Positions 1 through 11,420 of a stretch of DNA of 64,000 nucleotides are shown here, piece after piece (the first letter of the stretch is position 1; every line of letters begins with the position of its first letter). Below the pieces are notes generated by a model. The model was given only the letters and a program-made list of their open reading frames with translations. It was not told the origin of the DNA and did not search any database. A program made the translations under genes and the position numbers. Origin of the DNA: Octopus bimaculoides (lineage: Eukaryota); NCBI RefSeq assembly GCF_001194135.2, contig NC_068984.1, positions 90,765,855 through 90,829,854 of the forward strand, given 5' to 3'.

Positions 1-304
1 TAAACAGCTGAGATGACTACACTAACTATTAATCATATAACTATAACTTCTGAGAAGTAAATTCTCAATACAAATTTGAAATCAGCATCCAAATAGCAGA
101 CAAAGTGGATAACGTTCATGAAAAATGTAAAAAAATTTTTTTTTTTCAATATGCAGAGCAGCAGCATATATAAATTGAAATACCTATATTTTTTAATATT
201 CAGTATGTTTAGACTTGAATATTTTCTAGCTTAGAAGTTCAGTCCTGTAATGTATCTGTTACAGAACAAATGAAATGATAGAAAAGGTCAGAGATTTTTT
301 TTAC

Positions 305-330
305 CTCTGTATTAGAGAGTTCCTCACTTC
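305..330 (-). CDS. candidate 26-nt C-terminal microexon of PFKFB
   Basis: Branch-like TACTAAT, pyrimidine tract, aag|GAAGTGAGGAACTCTCTAATACAGAG|gtaaa. Reads EVRNSLIQ in phase 0 or (G)SEELSNTE in phase 1. No homology support. Confidence 0.35.
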
Positions 331-1460
331 CTTTGAAATGAATGTAAACAAGATTAGTACAATTCTTGTGATACCATGTATTTCAGGACTGGTTACTCAA
401 TGTAGTCCAACGTGGCACACTGTGTTGTACAATAAGTTAATAGTTAATATAGTTAACACAATTTATTTAGTACTGAAACTTGTTTGTACTCCAATAGCAG
501 AGCACTGAGTCTTTACAAATTACCTCTATTTAATCTCTCATTGTAATATTCATTTAAAATTAAACAGTCTAAGAAAATTAATACAGCAATTTATTTTAAA
601 ATTTGCTGTGAAACTGTTGTGACATTATGTTTATGAATACATGCCTGCTCCATTACATAACAAAGGATTAATACTATGAAATAGCAGCTTCAAGCCAATA
701 TCTATGTCTCAAAGAATATATTAGAAACAGCTTGTGAACTTGTTTGTAATTAAAACTGAAATTATTGGGTTACCTTGTTTGTAAACACTAAGAACTTTTT
801 CTCAATTGTTAAACAACTAATGCCCAATGATGAAAAAGAAAAGAAAAAAACATATTCCATGAATTTCTTCCAGACTATAATTAATTCCATCTTTCATGAA
901 ATGTATCACTTAATAAGCTATTGGTTATGTCATGCTGCTGATTTTTAAAAAGAATGAAATAGTACTATAAATGATTACAGCTAACTATAAATTTTAAGGA
1001 CTTCATGTAACAAGTAAAAAAAAAACCCAAAAACATTGGAATTCTATGCATTTATTTTCTTATTTTCATATTAATTTTCATTTAAAATTTCTAATCCTGC
1101 CAAATATTAAGAAAAAATGATTGCTTCCCTTGTAAAAGTATGACTACTAGGGAGGAAAACTATGTATTTTTAAATATTCTATCTGATATACACTGCTATA
1201 CTAGTAGAGATACATTTTATGTTAAATGTGGACATGCACAAATGCATGTACTTAAAAAATTATCATTATGGTTTCAACTAACTTAACGAACTGGAACCAA
1301 TGAGCTTTAATAAGAATAATTTTCTGTTTAAACTACTTTCCAAAGTAACTAAAATTTACCATATTTATAGCTCAGTCAGAGGAAGAAAGGCAGTATTCTT
1401 CATGCACTTCAGAGACTCCAAGATTAATGGGAAGAGGTTTTTTTCAGAATGGAGACTTAC

Positions 1461-1484
1461 CCTGAAAGCTTGTAATAAACTGGA
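1461..1484 (-). CDS. candidate 24-nt C-terminal microexon of PFKFB
   Basis: tcttaccttatgtatttttaatgtag|TCCAGTTTATTACAAGCTTTCAGG|gtaagt. Consensus donor; open in phase 0 (SSLLQAFR) and phase 1. No homology support. Confidence 0.4.
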
Positions 1485-2002
1485 CTACATTAAAAATACA
1501 TAAGGTAAGATGGTGATGTTAAATTGGCTGGCAAATTAAGTCTACCAGCAACATAAATAAACAATACTTATAATTTGGAAAATTGTTGATGGCTGAGTAG
1601 ATAGTGTATTGAGCGACCAAAGTGTGGGTTATATCCTGTCATCAGAATCATGGCATTTATGACAGAGATACTTACAGTTCAACTGTATAAATGATTTACA
1701 GCTCTAAGTAGTAGATATATTGTATAAATAACAAACTGCAATGCTCGAGTTGAAACCCTCATATTAAATGACAGAAGTAAAGATTACTCCAAGGAAATAA
1801 TTATATATGTCTTGCTTTCAGCAACTGATGGGAATAGCTCTGTGACTAGGTCTGGTGCTTTTAGAGACATAAACACCATAAAGCTAAACACCACAGGGAA
1901 TGACATATCAAATGCTGAGAAAAAAACTGTGTTTTTATGCATGTACATAATGCATATGTGCATACACTTTAGGACATAAGGAGGTAGATAGCATGTATAT
2001 AC

Positions 2003-2109
2003 ATCATCATTTAACGTCTGTTGTCCATGCTGGCATGGGTTGGATGGTTTGACTAGGGCTGGCAAGCTGGAAGGCTGTGCCAGACTCCAGTCTGATTTGG
2101 CATGGTTTC
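2003..2109 (-). mobile_element. SINE 3' part (cephalopod-type), split by an LTR element; continues at 3327-3690
   Basis: (cat)n tail plus aacgtctgttgtccatgctggcatgggttggatgg, a motif repeated many times in the window. The SINE resumes as gtttctacggctgg at 3327. Confidence 0.8.
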
Positions 2110-3326
2110 TGATATGTCCCATGATGACGACGTATTTCGTCGTCATCATGGGAGTGGTCTGAATGGCGTACCTTTGCCAACCAACCATACTGACTGTGTC
2201 AGTCCACTATTTATTAGTGGACTGACACATTTTCTTCTTTTTATTTTCATTACTATTTCTTTTTCTTCCATACACAATTATTTTTCTTTCAAATAAGCTC
2301 CAGTCCTGCTATTTCTTCAAGTCGATGTTGTATTTCACTTTCATACAAATCCTTCACACGGACTTATTAGTTTTCTTTTATTTAGATTTTTTCTTGTTCC
2401 ATACAGAATTATATTTATTATTTCTTCACAGCATATATATTTGATTTCTACAACTTTTCTATTCATCACACATCTTTTGGCAGAAACTGAATCGGTTACC
2501 TGCAAACCTTCATTATCTTTTAAAGTGTTTGCATTAGAATGATTCCTCAACAAAGCATTTTCAGTAGAAGGGTCTTTTCTTATAACAGATGGCTCAGATT
2601 CTCTTATTTCAGAATTTTCTACAATGTGTTCTTCACTAGTTACTTCCATCAGTATTTCATCTGGAGTCTTTTCAAGGACTTGTTTAGTATCCTCAATCAC
2701 AAAATGACTTGCGTTTTTTTTTTGTCCATTTTAACTTTCTTAGCAACTGGTTCATTTTCAATTTCATCAGATGATATCTAGTTTTTTTTTCTTTCAAAAT
2801 GCCCGCAGGTAGTACCAAGTCCCACATTATTACTGGTAGCGCTACTACATATAGCGACCAGACTTATAAATCCTTCAAACAGACTTATTATTTCACTGTG
2901 TGTAGTTCAGTTCTGTGTTAGAGTTCCAGTTTTATCAGACATTTTTTTTTCCTTCCTTCAAAATCTTGCTTCAACAGCACTTATATATTTTTCACTGTGT
3001 GTATATTACTTTTCACTGTGTGCAGTTCTGTGTTAGTTCAAATCCTACTTTGGAATTTCTAACATTTTTCACTGCGATTTTTTTTGCTCAAAACCATTTT
3101 CACTGTGTGAGCTACGAATCCTTGTTGCCACTGATATGTCCCAGTGGCAATATTGTCCAAACCCTCATCACCACTGACATGTCCCATGATGACAACGTAT
3201 TTTGTCGTCTCTACAAGACTGGTCTGAATGGTATACCTTCGCCGACCAACCATACTGACTGTGTCAGTTCACTATTTATTAGTAGTGGACCAGCCCACTT
3301 ATCACCTGGGGGCATTTGCCACAACA
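2110..3326 (-). mobile_element. small non-autonomous LTR retrotransposon (TRIM-like, Gypsy-type PBS), 1217 bp
   Basis: TG...CA termini, 5-bp TSD gtttc (2105-2109 and 3327-3331), LTR-like direct repeats 3175-3326 and 2110-2229, PBS-like TGGCAACAAGGAT / TGGTGATGAGGGT, purine tract before the 3' LTR. No pol. Confidence 0.72.
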
Positions 3327-3690
3327 GTTTCTACGGCTGGGTTTATGTGCCACTGGCAAGGATGCCATTTGTGTGACATCAGTACCTACCACAACTGTGA
3401 TTTTGCTTGACTTGATGGTTCTTCTCAAGTACAGCACAATGCCAAAGGTCTTGGTCATTTGTCATTGCCTCCATGAGGTCAAACACTTGTAAGGTGCTTT
3501 TCACGTGTCACTGGCATTGGCCACCTTGCTTCCATGAGGCCCAGTGCTTGAAAGGTGCATTTTATGTGCCAGTTAGGTGACACCAACATCAGTCATGACT
3601 ACAATTTCACTTGGCTTGACAGGTCTTCTCAAGCACAGCATATCGCTAAAGATCTGTTACTAGTCATTGCCTCCATGAAGCTCAAAGTTC

Positions 3691-4340
3691 AAGGATCATG
3701 TTTCACCACCTCGTCCCATGTCTTTCTGGGTTTACATCTATCACAGGTTCCCTCCACAGTTAGAGACTGGTACTTCTTTAGACAGCTGTGTTCATCCATA
3801 CGCATCACATGACCATACCAGTGCAGCTGTCTCTCTTGCACACCACATTTGATACCTCTTATGCCCAACTTTTCTCTCAAGATGCTTACACTCTGTCATA
3901 CATGCACACTGACGTTGCACATCCAGTGAAGCATACTGGCTTCATTTCTTTCAAGCCTATGCATGTTTCACAGCCATCATACAATCTGCCTTTCACTCTA
4001 AGGGAGAGGCCTTTGTTGCCAGTAGAAGTAGGAGCTCTCTGAACTTTGTCTAGCCTATTCTTATTCTCACAGCCATGTTCTCAGAGCATCCACCTCTGCT
4101 ACTAACTTGGTCACCTAGATAACAGAAGCTATCTACTACCTCTAGCTTACCCATCTGGCAGTTGATGGAGTCTATTTTCTGAACATTTTCAGTGTTTATT
4201 ATACCTATGCATCTTCTACACACAAAAGCTATTTTGCTTGTTAATCTACCTATGATATTGCTGCACCTCTTATGTGTCAATAGATACATTTTATGGAGTT
4301 TCTACCTATGATTTTTCTATAGATTGAGTAAGGACATCTG
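3691..4340 (-). mobile_element. RTE-clade LINE 3' fragment
   Basis: ORF remnants VQERQLHWYGHVMRM...RCKPRKTWDEVV and LEVVDSFCYLGD, typical of the RTE C-terminal half. Confidence 0.8.
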
Positions 4341-6825
4341 TCTGGAAGGATTTGTGATCTGTCTGCCTTCCTATTTACTAAGACTTTAGTTTTTGTTCAG
4401 TTAACTCTAAAGCCCTTCAGTTCTAGACTTTGCTTCCATACCTGAAACTTCTCTAGTTCTGGTATGTAAAAAACAAAAATTATGGGTTTTGTATGCTACT
4501 GAACTTATACATCTACACACAGCTTTACATATATAGTGAGAAGAAGGAGAGTGAGAAAGAGAAACTTTAAAAATTGTTGAAACAGTAGATTAGTGATGTA
4601 AAAATCAATTGAAAACCTAGTATAATATACATTCTCCAGTACCAGTGTCCACAGTAAACACAAATGGTTTATTTCACTGACAAAGGTTCAAGTTGCAACT
4701 GGATGAAGAACATATGCATGCAAACTTCTGTAACATTCATACTCATAACAAACAGTTCATTGCATTCAAATTTGATCCAACAACTTTACACACATGCACT
4801 ATTTGAAGCAGCTATTGATTGCAGAAGTTTCAGCTGAAACTGGACTGTCACATGATAAAACTGTTTCTTTTGGTTTGCAGTCATCTTTTCCCTGTCAATA
4901 CACATTTCAGTTTAAATCATTACAAGTTGTCTTGTCATATTTGTTACTAAAGTATAAGAGGAAAAATGAGAGGTGTAAGCTGTCTGAACACAAGCTCCAA
5001 GTCATGTGTGAGAATTTTTTTACTTTAATCTCATGTTTCACTTAGATGATCATGAGTGGACCTGATGGTTGAGTGTTTGGGATATAACTGAACTTGATTG
5101 ATTGCACAACACTTAATAGAAATACTATTTGAAAACAAGAGATGTCATCAGAAAGGAAAAGACATTCAAAAGGGCTTCAAATTTGGTAAACACAATATAG
5201 ATTTTCTTTTGTCAGTAGTGTGAAGAAATACAGTGTTTTTTTTTTGTTTTTTTGAAGCCCACTCAGACTAGGTTTATAAGACTAACTGGATGATATTAAT
5301 GCAGTTACTGCTCAGTTTCATTACTCAGTTGAGTGAAAACCATAAAATTTCAGGATAAGTTGGATATGATGGGGTGGAATGAGACAGTTGCATGTTTTAA
5401 GTGAGGTTACATGAGGAAATACATGGTTAGGAAGTATCTCATTTCTGTCAGATGATGTGGGTTCAGGTATGGCTGTATAGCCAAGAATTTTGCCTCACAG
5501 CTATGAGTTTGATCCTACTGCAAAGCACTCTGGACAAGTATCTTCAGCCACAGCCTTGAATTGATCCAAGTTTTGGGAGTGAAAACAGGTAAATGGGAGT
5601 GTGGATTCTTGTCACTGTAACTATTCTAGAGTAGCAGACTTAATTTATTGCCTAGTCTAGCACAAGTACCCTAACTTTGTGTGCTTTTGCAGGAGTTTAT
5701 TTTGTTACCAGCATTTGAGCCAGGTTTTCAATATGAAAAATAACTTCCTCCCTTTCCTCATACAATCTTGCAGACTTTGAATAACAATACCAACACTGCT
5801 CTTCCTCTTCTGATGTGGCCATAAAAAAAAACAATAAAAAAAACTGCTTTTAAAGTTAGATGGGACAGCAAAACCTTGACAGTGGGAAATGTATTCAAAG
5901 ATTGTAAATGTTTTCATGTAAATCTCAGATGCTAAGATAGTTGAAGATCCTGTAACTATACATCTATTGATGCTTCAAACTGAAAAGCATGTCATTCACA
6001 CTGAACTTTACTATTCTAAGTAGCAAAATTTATTGCAAAATCTATTTGATACAAATCTGTGTCCCAGGACAAATAATCATAATGTTGGATTCTTTATACA
6101 CTTTTTAACAGCTTTCTATTTTAGTACTGGATTATGTATAATATGATATTAACATATATTGTTTTACAACTGGATGATTTTTTCTCAATATGAACTATAA
6201 AGAGTAGTTACATTAACTGGAATAATGAAACGAAAGCCTAATATATCTATATCGACATTGTAGCCAACAGATCAGTAGCCCAATATCATGTGTACGAAAA
6301 ATGCATAGGAATATAACAGGTACAGAAATGAATGAACAACAATATATACATGTTAACAAGAATGATTAAAAATGTTGATATAAATTTAAGTTGAACATGC
6401 TGTTAAGCTGCATTGGTATAAACACATTTTTAAATAATGATTAACTATAGTTTTAAAACCACAGAATAAACTAAACCAGTCTTTACAAATGAAAACAATG
6501 TAACAATCTTAAAGAAAAAAAAGTAAAAGAAATGGTAGCAGAATTTAGAAATGATTACAAAACGTTTCTTCAAATATTCATCTCTTTAAATTCATGCAAA
6601 ATTGATTATCTTTATTCAAAGTAAAATTTGACATGCTTAGCTCAAATCAAAATAACTAAGATTCAGCTGAATTAAGATAAAATGCAATTTATTTCCTTTA
6701 CTGGTTAATAAAATTATTTACAGAGATATTAATCATTTCCATTAATTAGTAATACAAATTAATTCAATTAGAAAATCAAGAGTTAAAGTTTTCAAACAAA
6801 CCCAACTTTAATAATTTCACAGTTA

Positions 6826-7020
<195 letters not shown>

Positions 7021-8479
7021 TTATAACAAGCTGATGATAAAATGTGAATCAACAAAATAAAAATTAGATGAAACATTAAATTTGTTTAATATATGATAGT
7101 TGTTGAATAAGAGTATTTTTAGGTAACATATAGTTATACCACCCTTCATTGATCAAGATTAATATTGCTGATTATAAAAATTAGTTGCAGTCTCACAACA
7201 ATGCAATGAATACTACTATACAACTATTGATATTAAAAGTAGTATTAGTAGTAATGAAAATGATTAAGGGACCTAATTTTAATTTAACTTAATTTGAGGT
7301 ATATTTTGAAATCTCACTCTGAAAAATATATTTTGTCATGGATATTTGATATTAAAACCCTTCAAAGTAATTGATAATTTTATAGAATACTACCCAGAAT
7401 GGTAGAAAATAAATTTTTTATTCTCCCTTATACTTTAGTTTTGACTATTAAATAATTTAGTTATGACTACCTTCAATTTTATCACAACTGATTAAAGTTA
7501 GTATAGAAAAGTAAAACTGTTGATCCTTTGGATAAATATAACCGAACACAAAGAAAATTTCACATATTATGAATCTAAATATATTTAGAGATGTCAGTAT
7601 CCTGGTAGAAAAAGAAATTCAGCAACATGACACTTTAGGAGAAGTCAATTTGATAAGTCACCTAATTTAATACCTATACAAGCTATCTGTTAAAAGAAAT
7701 GAGGAAACATATGTAAGTGCTAACACTGTAAAAAGTATCCGGTGAAGTATTATTTTCATTGTCATAAAGGAAAGTATACTAAATTTGAGGCAAAATTTTA
7801 GATCTGTATTGCTAGAGCAATGTCAAATACTAGAACTTTTGTCTGACTCTTAAGTATAGATGTTTAATGTGAATCAAATTTTTCAAATTATGTAATTGAA
7901 TTCTGTTGTGTTCTTTGGACGATCAAGATTCAAAATATATCGTTCTATTCAGTTTTTATTTTTTTATTATTGATATGTTGCTTCAAATTCCACAATAACA
8001 TTAGTTGGATTGTTTCAAAAATTTCAGCTTCTGCTTTATTACTATTTTTTACAAATCTAGTTAATATTTTAAGATGACATACAGAGTTTACTAAAGAATG
8101 GCCCAGTTAGGAGAGCTAAAAATCTAGTTAAGCAGAAGTGAATAGTAAGCTCCATAATACCAGCACAACAGTTATGAATTTGCTTAATACTTCATTTTTT
8201 CTTTGCCAGTGAAATTCTTTACTATTAGCAAGAGTTCTCCAATTGGGTCATGCTAATTTTGCCTGCTTCAACATGCAAAGAAAAAAAAATCACTACACAC
8301 ATCAAGAAAATACTAGTGTACCATGAGCCTCCTTAAACATAAGTAGCACACAACTCAAACTCTTAAAATCGTTTCAAATGCTAGTCCTCATCATTATTGA
8401 GAATCTCTCTTGACAAACAGATTACATTTCAAAATTGATCTTTCTCTTCAAGACCAGAAAATCCTTCAACCTCCATCAA

Positions 8480-8870
8480 ATAACCCTTTACAAAGCTCAG
8501 GTGAGATACATAATGGAGTACTTCAGGAATGTTTCTTCCAATCCAAACAAGCATCCTTGACTGCATCCACAGTTGATTAAGTGGCATGAAGTCACTCACA
8601 AACACACTAACCTCTAGCCCACAGGCAACCTGTCTCCCTTCTGCTTTTTCTACTACTACTTACAATGGCCTCTGTCCCTTGGAGCTAGATGATCTTATGC
8701 CACTCCTACTCAGGCACTTTTAACTCACTCTTTTCTCTTCCCTTCATCACTCAGTGTACAATGCCCATCTTTTCTTCTCAAAACATCAGTCCTCAGGGAT
8801 TCCTTCCTTTTATATGTCATCCTGTAGGCCACAAAATAGGACTGTCAAAATCTTTATACTGTATTGTAGT
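8480..8870 (+). mobile_element. degenerate CR1/L2-like LINE 3' fragment
   Basis: Remnant ...FYYYYNGLCPLEL... followed by a THSF/HQ-like C-terminal tract; heavily decayed. Confidence 0.4.
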
Positions 8871-9239
8871 CAGATTATGTATCCAATTGTCTTAATTTAG
8901 CACCTATAACGGCTAGATGTCTTATAACGGAGGTAAAAATTTACATGAATGAAGTCATATTCTCGGAAGATTCATACAAAATATACATAAAACCTTCAAT
9001 AAATAAAAAATATCTATTTTAAAAAAATGGACTGATTAAATAAATCTTTTGTAGTAAAATCTAAGTTGGCAGGCTAATGTTATCTACAATATGTAGTAAG
9101 TGTTATATTAAAGACAGCTTCAAAGAAAAATGATAAAATTGAAGAGAAACTACTAGTGCATCTTTTTTTTTTTTGTGTGTATGTCAAGAAATTGCATAAA
9201 AAAACCTGTCATTTATCTCTCTCTTGCTGATATATAAAA

Positions 9240-11420
9240 GATGGATGCTATTTATACACTGTTGATCACAGTGCATTTCCAATTCTTTCTTGGTTGCGGC
9301 ATTCTTTTCTATCTTGGCCCAAATTGTTTTATCCTCATGGATGCCGGCCAATGGCCTTTTCCAGTACTTTGGATACCACTCAGCAACTGTATGGATCTAC
9401 TTAATGCTTGTGAACCTTGCGACATATCTGGATCCGCAGGACTTGTGCTTTTGGTATTGTGATCACGTTGTTCACTTTGCTTCATTCTCAAATACCCTCA
9501 TCTTAGATATATACTTGCAGTGATATTCCTAGCATGGATCTTTCTATGACCTTTTATGCTTAGCCAATTGATGTTCTTCCCTCTTCATAATAGCCCAGGT
9601 AGCACAGTACTAGTAGAGAGAATGGTATGTAGGATCTTGTCCAACTTCCAGCATATCTTTTAACAAGGTAAAACCTATTCATCTTGCCCTTATTCTCAAG
9701 ATCTGAGCTTCCATTTTTTGATGCACATTTACTGTGCTCCAAGCAAATGTACTCCTTCATCTCCTTGATTTTATCACATCTTATCTTTATTTAGCATGGT
9801 CTACATTTTCAGACTGCATATATTTTCTTTTTATGCAGTTCATTTTAAGGCCTACTACTGAGCTATAGGTGCCCAGCTCTGTCAGCATGGTCTGCAGCTG
9901 ATCTGTGGTTTTGGCAATAAGTATAACGTCAACTGCAAATCAGAGGCATGTTAATAGTTCACCATTGATGTTCATGTCTCCTCTACAGCCAATGTCTTGA
10001 CCATTTCTAGACATGTGGCAAAGAGTTTTAACCCTTTTGTTACTATATTTCTGACCAAAATACACCCCTCATGAGTTTCAATTAAATTCTAAAATAATCA
10101 TGAATTTAGACTAGTCTCATTAAACACCTGTAACTTTTTTATTTATCAACATATTGATGTGATATTTGGAACATAATTAAAGAAAGGGTTCTTAATCAAT
10201 TCTATTGCATAATTTTTGTCTCAAAGTTTTCCACGTACTGGGGTACTGCTAGTGTCACTCACATGTAAATATTGGTTCAGCTTCACAAATCGTACTCGCG
10301 CCATAATACTGGAAACATATTCATCGCCAAAAGATTCCTGATTGCTCCAGTAATTTGTTATTCTGGGTAACTGTCTAATACCCATAATAATATTTATGGC
10401 AAAAAATGCCAGTATTTCATCTACGGTTGCAGGAAACCACAAGCTATCTGTTTTTTCCGGCTTGTTTACATTCTGCGTAATGGTTTGTTTCCGCAGTAAT
10501 CATTTCAAACAAGCATGCTGGAAAAAATAAGAAAAAGAAGTCTAAAGGTTTCGCTTCCTGAGAAAGACTATGGGTAGACCCTGTCTCCTCAGAAAAATTG
10601 TTAATAAAAATATTTTTTAAATCTTTACTCCATTCTGGTGTAAAATCATCCTCGCTGTCGCTGCTTTCACTTTCGGATACAGAAATATCCGATTCATTAT
10701 CGTTCACCAGGTGCTTTTGTAGCTCATTCATTCTTTTTTTCGATATCTCCATATCTTCTGTTGAAAAGCCTTCAAATTTGGAATCACTGCTTGATAGCAT
10801 GAAACTCCTCTCCATCTTCAAAGTTGAAAAAAATTAACGCAGCAAAAAATGCGGAAAAAAATCTTCCAAAATTCACTGAGTTCAAATATCATGCCAAACA
10901 ATGTCGGATACAATAACTCAACTGTTTGCAAAGTGAAATCAGGTGTTTTAACGAATGTACTAACGAGATTTGGGTTCAAATATACATTTAAATAACAATG
11001 GGTACTCTCGGCCGGCTATGGCCAGGTTGGTCTTATGAACCAAAAAATTTTTCGGCCAGCTACAGCCGGGTGAGTATCGAAAGGGTTAAGGGAAAGGTAT
11101 TTCCTGATTTGATGTCCTTCTCAATAGGAATTCTTACCAGTGGTGATAATAGAGCTATATCAGTGGTTCACATTTCAGAGCAGTTTGGTGTAATGTGCTT
11201 TGACTCCTTGCATCTCCATCTCAATGCTATCAAAAGCCTTTTTGTAGTTGATGAAAGTAATACACAGAGGCAGCTGGTATTGTTTCACTTGTTCTATAAG
11301 CTGTGTCAGAGTGAACAGTAAAACCTGCTTGCTCCCTTGGCTGCTGGTCATCAAGCTGTTTCAATAGTCTGGTGACAATGACCTTTGTAAACAGCTTGAA
11401 GTGGTGAGACAAGAGATGTA
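9240..11420 (-). mobile_element. RTE-clade LINE (RT to C-terminus), interrupted by a piggyBac at 10032-11085
   Basis: Remnants KLFTKVIVTRL..QPREQAGF, FINYKKAFDSI and ERSMLGISL. Removing the piggyBac restores GNTFPLKLFATCLEM (RT QGDTISPKLF motif). Confidence 0.85.
10032..11085 (-). mobile_element. internally deleted piggyBac element with transposase N-terminal remnant
   Basis: TTAA on both sides; TIRs cccttttgttac / ccctttcgatac. ORFs 10444..10821 and 10221..10442 (PLDFFFLFFPACLFEMITAETNHYA; WFPATVDEILAFFAINIIMGI..LPRITNYWS) are PGBD-like. Confidence 0.9.

Noticed and set aside
2195-2229. Stem-loop considered as a CRESS-virus or Helitron origin
   Set aside because: The loop lacks a NANTATTAC-type nonamer, there is no Rep/helicase remnant, and the LTR context explains it better.
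2756-2770. CTGATGA-aatt-GAAA on the minus strand
   Set aside because: No stem II or flanking stem I/III; a chance match inside an ORF remnant.
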